A DNA stretch of 48,526 bases from an uncultured Verrucomicrobiota bacterium (GCA_964568965.1 CAZMSS010000002.1:1-48526), one strand, 5' to 3'. Shown: positions 18,035 to 27,674, counted from the stretch's first letter. Notes: generated by a model not told the origin, from the letters alone. Translations and numbers: made by a program.

Positions 18035-18487
18035 TCAGGATTCCTTGGCGGGGTCAGCGGGGGTAACCGCTTCTTCCGTCTTCGGCTTCCGGCGTTTGTC
18101 CACAGCCGCCAGATTCACCCACTCCAGGAGCACCATCTCGGAACTGTCGCTGCCACGCCGTCCCAGCTTGACGATGCGCGTATAGCCGCCCAGGCGGTCC
18201 TTGAACTGGGGCGCAATGCCCTCGAAAAGTTTCTGCACATGCTTGCGCTGGCGCAGGACGGTCAAGGCCTTCCGTTTGCCCTGAAGCAGGGCCACGGGGG
18301 TTCCGGCGGCCAAGGCCTTCTTGGCCACGGTCACCATTTTCTCCGCCAGCATCCGGGTCTGCCGCGCCTTGGGCAGCGTGGTCTTGATCCGTTGCTCCTC
18401 GATAAAGCTCGTCACCAGCGAGCTAAGCAGCGCTTTGCGCGCCTCAGCGGGCCGGCCCAGTCTAACCATATTCTTCTTATGTCGCAT
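18035..18487 (-). CDS. rplQ: 50S ribosomal protein L17
   Basis: MRHKK...LGRP..ARKALL..L......E.RI.TT..KA matches bL17. Follows rpoA. Confidence 0.95.
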   Translation of the reverse strand: MRHKKNMVRLGRPAEARKALLSSLVTSFIEEQRIKTTLPKARQTRMLAEKMVTVAKKALAAGTPVALLQGKRKALTVLRQRKHVQKLFEGIAPQFKDRLGGYTRIVKLGRRGSDSSEMVLLEWVNLAAVDKRRKPKTEEAVTPADPAKES

Positions 18488-18555
18488 TGCTGACTCCCGA
18501 AATCATGCGGCCTCGGCGTGATTTTCCGCCCGACCGCTTCGATAGTGTTGCAGGC

Positions 18556-19578
18556 TTACGCCTTTTCCTTGGCGGCTTCCTGGCCCTTCAGGGCCTTGAT
18601 CACGTCATCGTCGAACTTGACCCCGAGACCCAAACCGAGATCCTGGAGTTTCGCCTTGATTTCATTCAACGATTTCTTCCCGAAGTTGCGGTACTTGAGC
18701 ATCTCCGCCTCGGACTTCTGGGCAAGCTGGCCAACCGTGGTGATGTTGGCGTTGTTCAGGCAGTTAGCCGCACGGACGCTGAGCTCGATTTCGTTGACGC
18801 TCATGTTCAACGTCTTCAACAGCTGCTCGCGCTCGAGGTCGACCTTCGCCTCAACATCCTCGAACTCAACCACGTTCTTGTCATAGTTGACAAACACGTC
18901 GAGGTGGTGCCGCAACACCGCCGAGGCCACCGTCACGGCGTCATCGGGGGCGATACGCCCGTCGGTGGTGACTTCCAGCACAAGCTTGTCATAGTCTGTT
19001 CGCTGCCCGACGCGGCAGTTCTCGATGAAGAAGTTCACCCTCTTAACAGGGGAGAAGATCGAGTCGATCGGAATCCGCCCGATATCCTGGTTCTCCTTCT
19101 TGTTGAGATCGGCGGGACAGAACCCGCGACCCACGCGGATCTCCAAAGTCATGTCCAGCACGCCATCGCTCGAGAGCGTGGCGATGTGCTGGTTGGGATT
19201 GAGCACCTCGATGGTGCCGTCCGTCTGGATGTCGCCAGCCTTGACCTCGCGCGCGCCCTTCACCTTGAGGTGAAGCAGCTTGGAGTCACGGTTCTGAGCC
19301 TTCAACAGAACCTTCTTCAGGTTCAGGATGATGTCGGTGACATCCTCCACCACGCCCGGCAGCGCACAGAACTCATGGGGGGCGCCCTCGATACGAACCG
19401 ACGAAATCGCCGCGCCCTCCAGGGACGACAGCAACACCCTCCTCAATGAGTTCCCAATGGTCCGCCCGTACCCCACCTCAAGTGGTTCGGCAACAAAGCG
19501 GGCGAATGTCGGGGTGACCGAAGATTCATCCTTCACTAAGCGCTTGGGCATTTCGAACTTGCTCAGTCTGATTGGCAT
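18556..19578 (-). CDS. rpoA: DNA-directed RNA polymerase alpha subunit
   Basis: 340 aa. Shows GYG.T.GN.LRR.LLSS..G.A and the C-terminal domain motif LSVRA.NCL. Sits between rpsD and rplQ. Confidence 0.95.
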   Translation of the reverse strand: MPIRLSKFEMPKRLVKDESSVTPTFARFVAEPLEVGYGRTIGNSLRRVLLSSLEGAAISSVRIEGAPHEFCALPGVVEDVTDIILNLKKVLLKAQNRDSKLLHLKVKGAREVKAGDIQTDGTIEVLNPNQHIATLSSDGVLDMTLEIRVGRGFCPADLNKKENQDIGRIPIDSIFSPVKRVNFFIENCRVGQRTDYDKLVLEVTTDGRIAPDDAVTVASAVLRHHLDVFVNYDKNVVEFEDVEAKVDLEREQLLKTLNMSVNEIELSVRAANCLNNANITTVGQLAQKSEAEMLKYRNFGKKSLNEIKAKLQDLGLGLGVKFDDDVIKALKGQEAAKEKA

Positions 19579-19629
19579 GGTTCAATCCTTCCTTGGGAAC
19601 AGCCTCACCATCCCCCGGTGCGAATATCT

Positions 19630-20256
19630 TTATTTAGAGTACAATTCAACGATCAACTGCTCATTGACGAAGGGTGCGATTTCATCCCTGGTCGGAACGC
19701 GCAGCACCTCGCCCTTGAGGGCTTCCTTATCCAGTGACAGCCACGACGACAATTCGCCGCCGCCCTTGGCGTCCAGAACCCGTTTCACGGCATCCTGGCT
19801 CTGCTTCCGGCCCTTGACCTCGATGCGGTCTCCCGCCTTGAGGGTCATGGAGGGCACATCGGCACGCTTGCCGTTGACCGTGACATGTCCGTGCAACACC
19901 AGCTGGCGGGCGTTACGGCGCGAGGCCGAAAACCCGAACCGGAAAACGAGATTGTCGAGCCGCATTTCGAGCAACTGCAACAGCATCTCGCCCGTCACGC
20001 CGCGCTTGCGCAGGGCGCGCTGAAAGAACAGCTTGAACTGGCCTTCCTGCAGGCCGTAAAACCGGCGCAGGCGCTGTTTTTCACGCAACTGGACGCCATA
20101 GTCCGACTTTTTGGAGGGACGTGCTCCATGCATGCCCGGCGCCGGGCGCCCCGTGTCGACGGGACACTTTGACATCCGGCAACGATCGCCCTTAAGAAAA
20201 AGCTTCATGCCTTCACGGCGACAAAGCTTGCATGCTGGCCCTGTATATCTACCCAT
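19630..20256 (-). CDS. rpsD: 30S ribosomal protein S4
   Basis: MGRYTGP.CKLCRREG.KLFLKG.RC matches the uS4 N-terminus. Confidence 0.95.
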   Translation of the reverse strand: MGRYTGPACKLCRREGMKLFLKGDRCRMSKCPVDTGRPAPGMHGARPSKKSDYGVQLREKQRLRRFYGLQEGQFKLFFQRALRKRGVTGEMLLQLLEMRLDNLVFRFGFSASRRNARQLVLHGHVTVNGKRADVPSMTLKAGDRIEVKGRKQSQDAVKRVLDAKGGGELSSWLSLDKEALKGEVLRVPTRDEIAPFVNEQLIVELYSK

Positions 20257-20284
20257 TCGAATTCTCCTGTTCTCTCAAAACCTT

Positions 20285-20773
20285 TTAGACGCGGCGGCGC
20301 TTGCGAGGCCGGCAGCCGTTGTGCGGCATCGGCGTCACATCCTTGATCGTGGTGACGTTCAGCCCGGCAGACTGAATGGCCCTGATAGCCGATTCGCGGC
20401 CTGCGCCGGGTCCCTGAACACGCACTTCCACTTCCTGCATGCCGCGCGACACAGCCTGACGCGCCGCTTCCTGCGCCACCACGCTCGCCGCAAAGGCCGT
20501 GCTTTTCCGCGACCCCTTGAATCCAGCGCGACCGGAGGTGCTCCATGCAATCACGCCGCCCTTGCTGTCTGAAATTGATATGATGGTGTTGTTGAACGTC
20601 GCCCGGATATGAACGATTCCAAACGGCACCACACGACCCGCGCGAACGCGGGGCTGACGGGCCGCACGAGCCGCGCCCTCGACGCCGCCCGAGGCGCCCT
20701 CAGGAGCCGGAGTACCCGCCCCTTCCGGCTTGACACCGGCCTGATCTTCACCCTTTTCTTTAACGTCTGCCAT
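20285..20773 (-). CDS. rpsK: 30S ribosomal protein S11 with a ~30-aa low-complexity N-terminal extension
   Basis: The core [18 protein letters not shown]...[12 protein letters not shown] matches uS11. No in-frame start lies between 20773 and the conserved core. Confidence 0.9.
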   Translation of the reverse strand: MADVKEKGEDQAGVKPEGAGTPAPEGASGGVEGAARAARQPRVRAGRVVPFGIVHIRATFNNTIISISDSKGGVIAWSTSGRAGFKGSRKSTAFAASVVAQEAARQAVSRGMQEVEVRVQGPGAGRESAIRAIQSAGLNVTTIKDVTPMPHNGCRPRKRRRV

Positions 20774-20806
20774 TGCGAACCCGACCTTTTTTAGTACTGA
20801 TGTTCC

Positions 20807-21205
20807 TTACGCCTGCTTTGCGGCCGACCGCGCTTCTTTACCACGAACCGCACCCACCGTGCGCCGCGGTCCCTTGCGGGTGCGCGCATTGGTACTCGTC
20901 CGCTGGCCCCGTACCGGCAACCCCCGCTTATGACGGATGCCCCGATAGCTGCCAATGCTGATCAGTCGACGGATGTTCTGCGCGACCTCGCGCCGCAGAT
21001 CACCCTCAATCCGATAGTTGTTTTGGATCACATTGATAATCCGGGCCAATTCCTCATCGGTAAGATCATCGGCCTTGGTCGCCGGATTGATCTTGGCCTG
21101 GTCAATCACCTCACGGGCCGTCGTCGGACCAATTCCATAAAGATAACGCAGCGAATATTCAATGCGCTTCTTACCGGGAATATCTACACCTAGTATTCTG
21201 GGCAT
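20807..21205 (-). CDS. rpsM: 30S ribosomal protein S13
   Basis: [20 protein letters not shown] matches uS13. ATG at 21205 is preferred over the track's TTG at 21211. Confidence 0.93.
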   Translation of the reverse strand: MPRILGVDIPGKKRIEYSLRYLYGIGPTTAREVIDQAKINPATKADDLTDEELARIINVIQNNYRIEGDLRREVAQNIRRLISIGSYRGIRHKRGLPVRGQRTSTNARTRKGPRRTVGAVRGKEARSAAKQA

Positions 21206-21217
21206 GCCCAATTCTCC

Positions 21218-21331
21218 TTAACCTTGCCTCTGCTTGTGGCGTGAATTGGTGCAGATTACCCGCACCACACCCCGGCGGCGCACAATCTTGCAGCGCTCAC
21301 AGATTCGTTTGACTGAACTTCTGACCTTCAT
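21218..21331 (-). CDS. rpmJ: 50S ribosomal protein L36 (zinc-ribbon form)
   Basis: Below the ORF-track size cut-off. Minus-strand translation gives [37 protein letters not shown] (37 aa), canonical bL36, in the expected slot before rpsM. Confidence 0.9.
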   Translation of the reverse strand: MKVRSSVKRICERCKIVRRRGVVRVICTNSRHKQRQG

Positions 21332-21415
21332 CCGCTGTCTCCATTCCAAAAAGAGTCGGCCAAAATATCAATGGCCGCACCCGATGTCCACACCAAAATT
21401 CAACTGACCGGCAGC

Positions 21416-22162
21416 CTACACCGCCGTCAGAATTTCCGGCCCGTCGTCGCCGATCGCCACCGTATGCTCAAAATGAGCCGATGGCTTCCCGTCAACCGTC
21501 CGAACCGTCCAACCATCTTCCAGGACTTCCACCGCGCTCCCCCCCATGTTGACCATGGGCTCGATCGCCAGCGTCATCCCCACCTTCAACTTCGGCCCCC
21601 GTCCCGGACTCCCGTAATTCGGGATCTGCGGATCCTCGTGCATCTTCCGCCCGACCCCGTGACCGACAAAATCACGCACTACTGAAAACCCGGCATTCAC
21701 CGCCACCATTTCAATAGCGTGCGACAAATCCCCAAGCCGTTTCCCGGCGCGGGCCATCTCCACCCCCGCCGCGAGGGCCAGCTCTGTCGCACGAACCAGC
21801 CGGATCACCTCGGGATCGGTCACCCCGACCATCACGGTCGTCGCGGTATCACCGACAAACCCGTCAAAAACCACACCAACATCCAGGCTCACAATATGGC
21901 CGATCTCGATCCGCCGCCCGCCCGGGATGCCGTGCACTACCTCGGAATCGATCGAAATACATACATTCCCGGGATACCCGCGGTATCCCAAGAACGCGCT
22001 CTTCGCCCCGAAGGACTCCATCAGCTTCCCAGCCGTCTCATCCAGCTCCCGGGTTGTCACTCCGGGCGAGATCAGGCGAGCAATTTCATCTCGAACCCTC
22101 GCTGCGATCCGGCCGCTTTCCCGCATCTTCCGGATCTCGTCGCGATTCTTGAGAATGATCAT
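21416..22162 (-). CDS. map: Type I methionine aminopeptidase
   Basis: 248 aa. Contains the metal-ligand blocks DVGVVFDGF.GD, VGHG.G and FEHTV. Follows adk with an ATGA overlap. Confidence 0.93.
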   Translation of the reverse strand: MIILKNRDEIRKMRESGRIAARVRDEIARLISPGVTTRELDETAGKLMESFGAKSAFLGYRGYPGNVCISIDSEVVHGIPGGRRIEIGHIVSLDVGVVFDGFVGDTATTVMVGVTDPEVIRLVRATELALAAGVEMARAGKRLGDLSHAIEMVAVNAGFSVVRDFVGHGVGRKMHEDPQIPNYGSPGRGPKLKVGMTLAIEPMVNMGGSAVEVLEDGWTVRTVDGKPSAHFEHTVAIGDDGPEILTAV

Positions 22163-22818
22163 GGCCGGACCAGCGACCCCGCGACCCGCAGGATTTCCGT
22201 CACGGTGTCCTGCCGGGCCCGGGCGGAATCCACGCGGACCAGAACACCCTTTTTCTCGTAGTACGAGATCAGGGTCTCTGTCTGCTTCGCATATACATCC
22301 AACCGATTCAAAATCGTCGCCTCACTGTCATCCGCGCGCTGGTACAGCTCTCCACCGCATTTGTCGCAAATCCCCGCCTGTTTAGGGGGGATATTGACAA
22401 TATGATACCCCTGCCCGCACGCGCGACAGACCCGGCGGCCAGTCAGGCGTGAAATCAGCAGATCGCGCCCGGCCTCCAGAAGAAAGACAAAATTCACCTT
22501 GGAGGCATGCTTCGCCAGCGTCTCGTCCAGCAACCGTGCCTGCTCAAGTGTCCGGGGAAACCCGTCAAACATATAGGCCGCTTCGGGATTACCCTGCGCC
22601 AAACGTTCTTCCACAATGCCGATGATCACGCCATCGGGGACCAGCTCGCCGCGTTTCATGTAGCCCTCTGCCTGGCGTCCGACGGCTGTACCGTTCTTAA
22701 CCGCCTCGCGAAGCATGTCGCCTGTCGAAACATGGAGGAAAGGGCTCACGGTGCGGATTCCCTCCGCAATCGTTCCCTTACCCGCCCCCGGACCGCCCAG
22801 TAAAATGATTGTTTTCAT
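22159..22818 (-). CDS. adk: Adenylate kinase (Cys4 zinc lid)
   Basis: MKTIILLGGPGAGKGT P-loop, with lid CRACG...CDKCGG. Start trimmed to the ATG at 22818, because the track's upstream extension overlaps the secY 3' end. Confidence 0.93.
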   Translation of the reverse strand: MKTIILLGGPGAGKGTIAEGIRTVSPFLHVSTGDMLREAVKNGTAVGRQAEGYMKRGELVPDGVIIGIVEERLAQGNPEAAYMFDGFPRTLEQARLLDETLAKHASKVNFVFLLEAGRDLLISRLTGRRVCRACGQGYHIVNIPPKQAGICDKCGGELYQRADDSEATILNRLDVYAKQTETLISYYEKKGVLVRVDSARARQDTVTEILRVAGSLVRP

Positions 22819-22837
22819 GCCATCGCCTGTAAACAAA

Positions 22838-24190
22838 TTAACGCCGCCCCCGCAGCTTACCCTTGCGCAGGAACCCGTCATAGTGCCGCATCAGGAGGTG
22901 GGATTCAACCTGCCGCATCGTGTCCAGCATAACACCCACCGTAATCAGCAGGCTGGTGCCCCCGAAGAACGATGCCACCAGGGACGGAACATCAAACTGC
23001 CGGTTCATGACGGTCGGAATCACGGCGATCACGGTCAGGAACAGCGCCCCGGCCAGCGTGATCTTGGTCATCGTTGAATCCAGGAATTCCGCCGTGGGCC
23101 GCCCCGGACGGACACCGGGCACATATCCGCCATACTTCTTCAGGTCATCGGCAATCTGAACCGGGTTGAATTGCGTGGCAACCCAGAAGTAAGAGAAGAA
23201 CAGGATCATTACCCCGTAAAGGACCATGTGGAAGATCGCGTCAGGCCCCAGCTGGTTGGCCAGGGCGTGAGCCCACGTCCACGATTCCGGTAAGCGTTTC
23301 AGAACAATGGCGGGGAACATCAAAAGAGACTGGGCGAAGATGATCGGCATGACGCCGGAATAGTTGACCCTCAGCGGCATGTACGTGCTTTGGCCCCCGT
23401 AGACCTTGCGGCCCACGACGCGCTTGGCGTACTGGACCGGGATCTTCCGCTGGCCCTGCGTCAGAAGAATCGTCCCCGCAACCACGGCAAACAACGCGAC
23501 CAACAGGACAATGCTGAAGATGGGGTTGAACTGGCGCACTCCCTCGACGGCCGTGAACATCTGGATCGCATAGGCTACCGCGGAGGGCAACCGGCTCACA
23601 ATACCCTCGGTGATGATCAGCGAAATACCATTGCCGATGCCCCGCTGGGTAATCTGTTCACCGAGCCACATGATAAACATCGAGCCGGCGGTCACAGAGA
23701 GCACAGTCATGAACTTGAAGCCAATCCCAGGGTTCAACACGATCTGGTGGTTAAGCCCCATGCTCCCCGGGTTTTCCAGCGTGACGGCCAAGAACCACCC
23801 CTGAACAACACAAAGGAACACGGTAAGAATACGGGAGTACTGTGTGATTTTCTGCCGGCCCGAATCCCCCTCCCGCGCCAGGCGGCCCAGTGTCGGCACG
23901 ACAGCGGTGAGCAACTGCAGGATAATGGAGGCGCTGATGTACGGCATGATGCCCAGCGCACCCACGGCGCAATGGCTCAAGGCACCGCCGCTGAACATAT
24001 CCAGCAACCCCAGCATCCCGCCGCCCGAACTCTTTTCGACGTCGGCTATCAGGCGCTGGAGCGCCAGGGCATCCACCCCCGCGATCGGGACGTTGGAGAC
24101 GATACGACAGACAAAGATCAGCCCCATCGTAAACAGAATGCGGGCCCGTAATTCGGGGATCTTAAAACTGTTCGTAAACGCAGATAGCAT
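22838..24190 (-). CDS. secY: Preprotein translocase subunit SecY
   Basis: Multi-TM protein with an MLSAF...IPELR.RILFT N-terminus. Sits between rplO and adk. Start trimmed to the ATG at 24190. Confidence 0.93.
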   Translation of the reverse strand: MLSAFTNSFKIPELRARILFTMGLIFVCRIVSNVPIAGVDALALQRLIADVEKSSGGGMLGLLDMFSGGALSHCAVGALGIMPYISASIILQLLTAVVPTLGRLAREGDSGRQKITQYSRILTVFLCVVQGWFLAVTLENPGSMGLNHQIVLNPGIGFKFMTVLSVTAGSMFIMWLGEQITQRGIGNGISLIITEGIVSRLPSAVAYAIQMFTAVEGVRQFNPIFSIVLLVALFAVVAGTILLTQGQRKIPVQYAKRVVGRKVYGGQSTYMPLRVNYSGVMPIIFAQSLLMFPAIVLKRLPESWTWAHALANQLGPDAIFHMVLYGVMILFFSYFWVATQFNPVQIADDLKKYGGYVPGVRPGRPTAEFLDSTMTKITLAGALFLTVIAVIPTVMNRQFDVPSLVASFFGGTSLLITVGVMLDTMRQVESHLLMRHYDGFLRKGKLRGRR

Positions 24191-24218
24191 GTCGCTGTCT
24201 CTTCTTCCCGTTTCGGAC

Positions 24219-24659
24219 TTAGATGACTTCGCAGGTTCCGCCAGCCGCCTCAATCTTGGACTTGGCCTCGGCGCTGAAAGCATGGGCCTTGACCGTCAGC
24301 TTCTTGCCGAGGGTTCCAACACCCAGAATCTTGATGCCGTCGCAGATGCCGTTCGCCAACCCCATGCTCACCATCAGCTCGGGGGTTACAACCGTCCCGG
24401 CCTCAAACCCGTCGAGGGCCGCGACATTGACAGGAAGAAATTCCTTGCGGGAGATATTCTTGAATCCGCGTTTCGGGATGCGGCGGATGAGACGCATCTG
24501 GCCACCCTCAAACCCCGGCTTGTGCTTGTGGCCCGACCGGGCGTACTGCCCCTTGTGCCCGCGCCCTGATGTTTTGCCCAGCCCGGAACCGGCACCCCGG
24601 CCCAGACGTTTGCGAGTCGTCCTCGCCCCGATTTTATTTTTCAACGAATGCAAGTTCAT
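24219..24659 (-). CDS. rplO: 50S ribosomal protein L15
   Basis: L..L......[20 protein letters not shown] matches uL15. Confidence 0.95.
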   Translation of the reverse strand: MNLHSLKNKIGARTTRKRLGRGAGSGLGKTSGRGHKGQYARSGHKHKPGFEGGQMRLIRRIPKRGFKNISRKEFLPVNVAALDGFEAGTVVTPELMVSMGLANGICDGIKILGVGTLGKKLTVKAHAFSAEAKSKIEAAGGTCEVI

Positions 24660-24696
24660 CGTGTATATCCCACTTCTGGAGTCACTCTATTCGCGA

Positions 24697-25194
24697 TCAT
24701 GCCTGGCGCGCGGCCAGGATCTCCTCGCGAGACCGGAGATTTTCAAGCGCGTCGATCGTCGCCTTGACCACATTCACCTTGTTGCTGCTTCCCAGGGATT
24801 TCCCGAGCACATCATGCACACCGGAAAGCTCCAGCACCGCACGCATGCCGCCGCCGGCAATCACGCCGGTACCCGCAGACGCCGGCTTGAGCAGCACATA
24901 ACCACCGTCGCACTGGCCGGTCACCTCGTGGGGTATCGTCCGGTCCTTCAGGGTCACCTGGAACATGCTGCGCCGGGCAATGTCCCCGCCCTTGCGAATG
25001 GCATCCGCCACCTCATTGGCCTTCCCGAACCCGTAGCCCACCATGCCGTTTCGGTTGCCGACAACAACAATTGCGCTGAAGCTGAACCGGCGTCCGCCCT
25101 TCACCACCTTCGCGCAACGGTTGACGAACACCACACGCTCCTCAACGTCCGAAGAGGACGCTGAATTTCTATCCGATGTTGATCGTTCTTTCAC
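24697..25194 (-). CDS. rpsE: 30S ribosomal protein S5
   Basis: [30 protein letters not shown] matches uS5. Confidence 0.95.
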   Translation of the reverse strand: MKERSTSDRNSASSSDVEERVVFVNRCAKVVKGGRRFSFSAIVVVGNRNGMVGYGFGKANEVADAIRKGGDIARRSMFQVTLKDRTIPHEVTGQCDGGYVLLKPASAGTGVIAGGGMRAVLELSGVHDVLGKSLGSSNKVNVVKATIDALENLRSREEILAARQA

Positions 25195-25211
25195 GTTCTG
25201 CTCTTTCGGGG

Positions 25212-25565
25212 CTAAAATTTAAATCCTGCTTCGCGCACAGCGTCCGCGATCGCCTTGACCCGGCCGTGGTACTTGTACCCGCCTCGGTCAAACACGATAT
25301 CCTTGACGCCGATCTTCTTGGCGATTTCCGCCAGGCGCTGACCGATCATCTTGGCACCCTCGGCGTTCTTCTGCCCCACGCCGGCCTTACCGGACGACGA
25401 GACCGAAGCCAAAGTTGCCGCTTTTTCATCATCCACCAGCTGCGCGTAGATATGCTTGTTCGACACCATGACACACAGCCGGGCACGGTCCGCCGTCCCG
25501 GAGATCTGTTTCCGGATCCGGGCGTGCCGGCGCACGCGACTTTCTTTTCTATCTACTGTTTTCAT
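25212..25565 (-). CDS. rplR: 50S ribosomal protein L18
   Basis: R.RRH.R.R..I.GT..R.RL.V..SN.HIYAQ..DD matches uL18. Confidence 0.95.
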   Translation of the reverse strand: MKTVDRKESRVRRHARIRKQISGTADRARLCVMVSNKHIYAQLVDDEKAATLASVSSSGKAGVGQKNAEGAKMIGQRLAEIAKKIGVKDIVFDRGGYKYHGRVKAIADAVREAGFKF

Positions 25566-25568
25566 ACG

Positions 25569-26102
25569 TTAGGCCACCGTCTTGCCGGCCTTCCGCCGGA
25601 CATGTTCGCCCTTATAACGGACGCCCTTACCCTTGTAGGGCTCAGGCGGATAGAACGACCGGATGCGGGCGGCGACATCGCCGACCATCTGCTTGTCCGA
25701 ACCGCTCACCGTAATGACACTTTCCTTCACCGACGCCATAATCCCAACGGGCAACTCGAACACTACAGGACTCGAGTAACCCAGGTTCATCGTCAATTTA
25801 CTACCCTGCACCGCAGCGCGGAAACCGACCCCCTGCAATTCAAGCTCAATCGTGTAGCCCTTGTCCACGCCCGTCAACATATTGGCGATAAGACTGCGGG
25901 CCAAACCATGCATGCTCCGACCCTTCGCCGTGTCTTCCACGCTGGTTACGATTACCGCCCCGTCCTTGACTTCCGCCTTGACGTATGGCGGGAGTGTCAT
26001 GGACAACTCGCCTTTGGGGCCCTTGGCCGACACCGTTGTGTCTCCTGCCTGGACCGTCACGCCTTTCGGGATGGTCACCGGTTTTTTGCCGATTCTTGAC
26101 AT
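25569..26102 (-). CDS. rplF: 50S ribosomal protein L6
   Basis: MSRIGKKPVTIPKGVTV...V...GPKGEL matches uL6. Start trimmed from the track's 26240 to the ATG at 26102. Confidence 0.93.
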   Translation of the reverse strand: MSRIGKKPVTIPKGVTVQAGDTTVSAKGPKGELSMTLPPYVKAEVKDGAVIVTSVEDTAKGRSMHGLARSLIANMLTGVDKGYTIELELQGVGFRAAVQGSKLTMNLGYSSPVVFELPVGIMASVKESVITVSGSDKQMVGDVAARIRSFYPPEPYKGKGVRYKGEHVRRKAGKTVA

Positions 26103-26181
26103 TCTATTTCCCTCTTTAAACCTGATTACCCGAGGCCTCCAGGGCCGCAGGGCCGCTCCGCCCGCCGAAACCGGCAAGTCC

Positions 26182-26580
26182 TTACCAAACCTGGCAGAGC
26201 AACTCTCCTCCGACGCGCTTCTGGCGCGCCTCACTGTCACTCATGATTCCGGCTGGGGTGCTTAATATCGACACGCCCATGCCGCCCAGTACCAGCGGGA
26301 TCTGATCGAACCCCACATAGCGCCGAAGCCCCGGCTTGCTGATCCGGCGCAATCCGCGGATCGTCGGTTTCCGGCTGGCATCATACTTCAACACCACCCG
26401 CACAACCTTTTCCCGGCCTTGGCCCTCGACGGATACGTCGCGGATATAGCCTTCCCTTTTCAGGATAACTGCAATCTCACCCTTCATTCGCGAATGGCTG
26501 ATGTCAGTCGTTTTCAAGCCCGCATCGGATGCATTCCGGATGCGGTTCAACATGTCACTGATTGGATCCGACAAACTCAT
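26182..26580 (-). CDS. rpsH: 30S ribosomal protein S8
   Basis: DPI.DMLNRIRNA matches the uS8 N-terminus. Confidence 0.95.
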   Translation of the reverse strand: MSLSDPISDMLNRIRNASDAGLKTTDISHSRMKGEIAVILKREGYIRDVSVEGQGREKVVRVVLKYDASRKPTIRGLRRISKPGLRRYVGFDQIPLVLGGMGVSILSTPAGIMSDSEARQKRVGGELLCQVW

Positions 26581-26592
26581 AGGCTCTCCCTT

Positions 26593-26778
26593 TTACCAGC
26601 TTGCCTTTGTAACGCCGGGAATCAGCCCGACGGACGCCAGTTCCCTGAAGCAAATACGGCATACACTGAACTTGCGCATATACGCATGGCGTCGCCCGCA
26701 GCGTTTGCAGCGATTGTAGCGTCGCGTGCTGAATTTCGGCGTGCGACTCGCCTTGACTTCCTGTGATATCTTAGCCAA
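26593..26778 (-). CDS. rpsZ: 30S ribosomal protein S14, type Z (zinc-binding)
   Basis: 61 aa, with CxxC...CxxC (CKRCGR...CRIC) and C-terminal G..PGV.KASW. Confidence 0.95.
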   Translation of the reverse strand: MAKISQEVKASRTPKFSTRRYNRCKRCGRRHAYMRKFSVCRICFRELASVGLIPGVTKASW

Positions 26779-26799
26779 AAGAACGTCCTCCCTGCAGCG

Positions 26800-27342
26800 T
26801 TACTTGTGCGGTTTCGCGAATGGAATTCCGGTCATCGTGAGCAGTTCACGCGCCCGTGCGTCCGTTGACGCCGATGTGACAATCGTCACGTTCATGCCCT
26901 GCACCTTCTTGACGTCGTCAGGATCAATTTCCGGAAAAATTGTCTGTTCCTGAAGACCGAAGGTGTAGCTGCCCCGTCCATCAAAGCCCCGCACCGGCAA
27001 CCCGCGGAAGTCGCGGATGCGCGGAAGCGCGGCGTGAATCAACCGTTCCAGGAAATCATACATCCGGTCCCCGCGAAGTGTCACCTTCGCGCCCACCGGC
27101 ATACCCTGGCGCAGCTTGAAATTCGAGATGCTCTTGCGGGCCTTGGTAATCACGGCCTTCTGCCCGGTGATCCGCCCCAGGTCGTCCGAGATGGTCTTGA
27201 TCTGGTCCTTGTCCATCGAGGCGTTGAAGCCCATGTTCAGGGTGACCTTCAGGAGACGCGGAACGTCCATCACGTTCTTGCAGCCGAGCGACTTCATCAG
27301 CGCCGGAACAATCTCTGTCTTGTACTTTGCCTTAAGTCCCAT
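26800..27342 (-). CDS. rplE: 50S ribosomal protein L5
   Basis: 180 aa. Shows L...Y...I.PALMK.......M.VP.L.KV.LNMG and FRG. Confidence 0.95.
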   Translation of the reverse strand: MGLKAKYKTEIVPALMKSLGCKNVMDVPRLLKVTLNMGFNASMDKDQIKTISDDLGRITGQKAVITKARKSISNFKLRQGMPVGAKVTLRGDRMYDFLERLIHAALPRIRDFRGLPVRGFDGRGSYTFGLQEQTIFPEIDPDDVKKVQGMNVTIVTSASTDARARELLTMTGIPFAKPHK

Positions 27343-27350
27343 AACCCACC

Positions 27351-27662
27351 TTACGTATCAAGCGCCTGAGCGCATTTTTTACATTTTCGGACGCGCTTGT
27401 CGCCCTCGGTCACGCGCTTCACACGAACCGCCTTCTTGCAGTGCGGGCAGTAGAGCATGAGGTTCGAGAGTGCGATGGAGGCTTCCTTCTGGGTGATTCC
27501 GCCCTTCGGGTTGTCTTGCGACTTCCGAAGGTGCTTTGTCACCATGCTCAATCCCTCCACAATCGCACGGTCTTTTCCCACAAGCACTTGAAGCACCTTG
27601 CCCTGCTTGCCTTTGTCTCGGCCGCGAGTGGCCACAACGATGTCATTACGCCGGATATTCAT
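27351..27662 (-). CDS. rplX: 50S ribosomal protein L24 (C-terminal Cys4 form)
   Basis: I.RND.V.V..G.DKGK.GKV has the KOW motif. C-terminal CPHC...CKKC as in Thermus-type uL24. Confidence 0.95.
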   Translation of the reverse strand: MNIRRNDIVVATRGRDKGKQGKVLQVLVGKDRAIVEGLSMVTKHLRKSQDNPKGGITQKEASIALSNLMLYCPHCKKAVRVKRVTEGDKRVRKCKKCAQALDT

Positions 27663-27674
27663 GCGTTCCTCTTC

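Noticed and set aside
21332-21415. Possible missing infA, or a weak hairpin (cggcca...tggccg followed by a U-rich run) in the map-rpmJ spacer
   Set aside because: 84 nt is too short for infA (~72 codons) and no IF-1-like peptide appears in any frame. The hairpin has only 6 bp and a 9-nt loop, too weak to call a terminator.
22819-22881. N-terminal ORF-track extensions of adk. The same applies to secY 24191-24283, rplF 26103-26240, rpsL 36590-36613, rpoC 40836-40922, rplL 45183-45212 and nusG 47472-47624.
   Set aside because: Longest-ORF artefacts. The extensions overlap upstream genes or spacers, lack similarity to the families, and a conserved family N-terminus with an ATG lies downstream.
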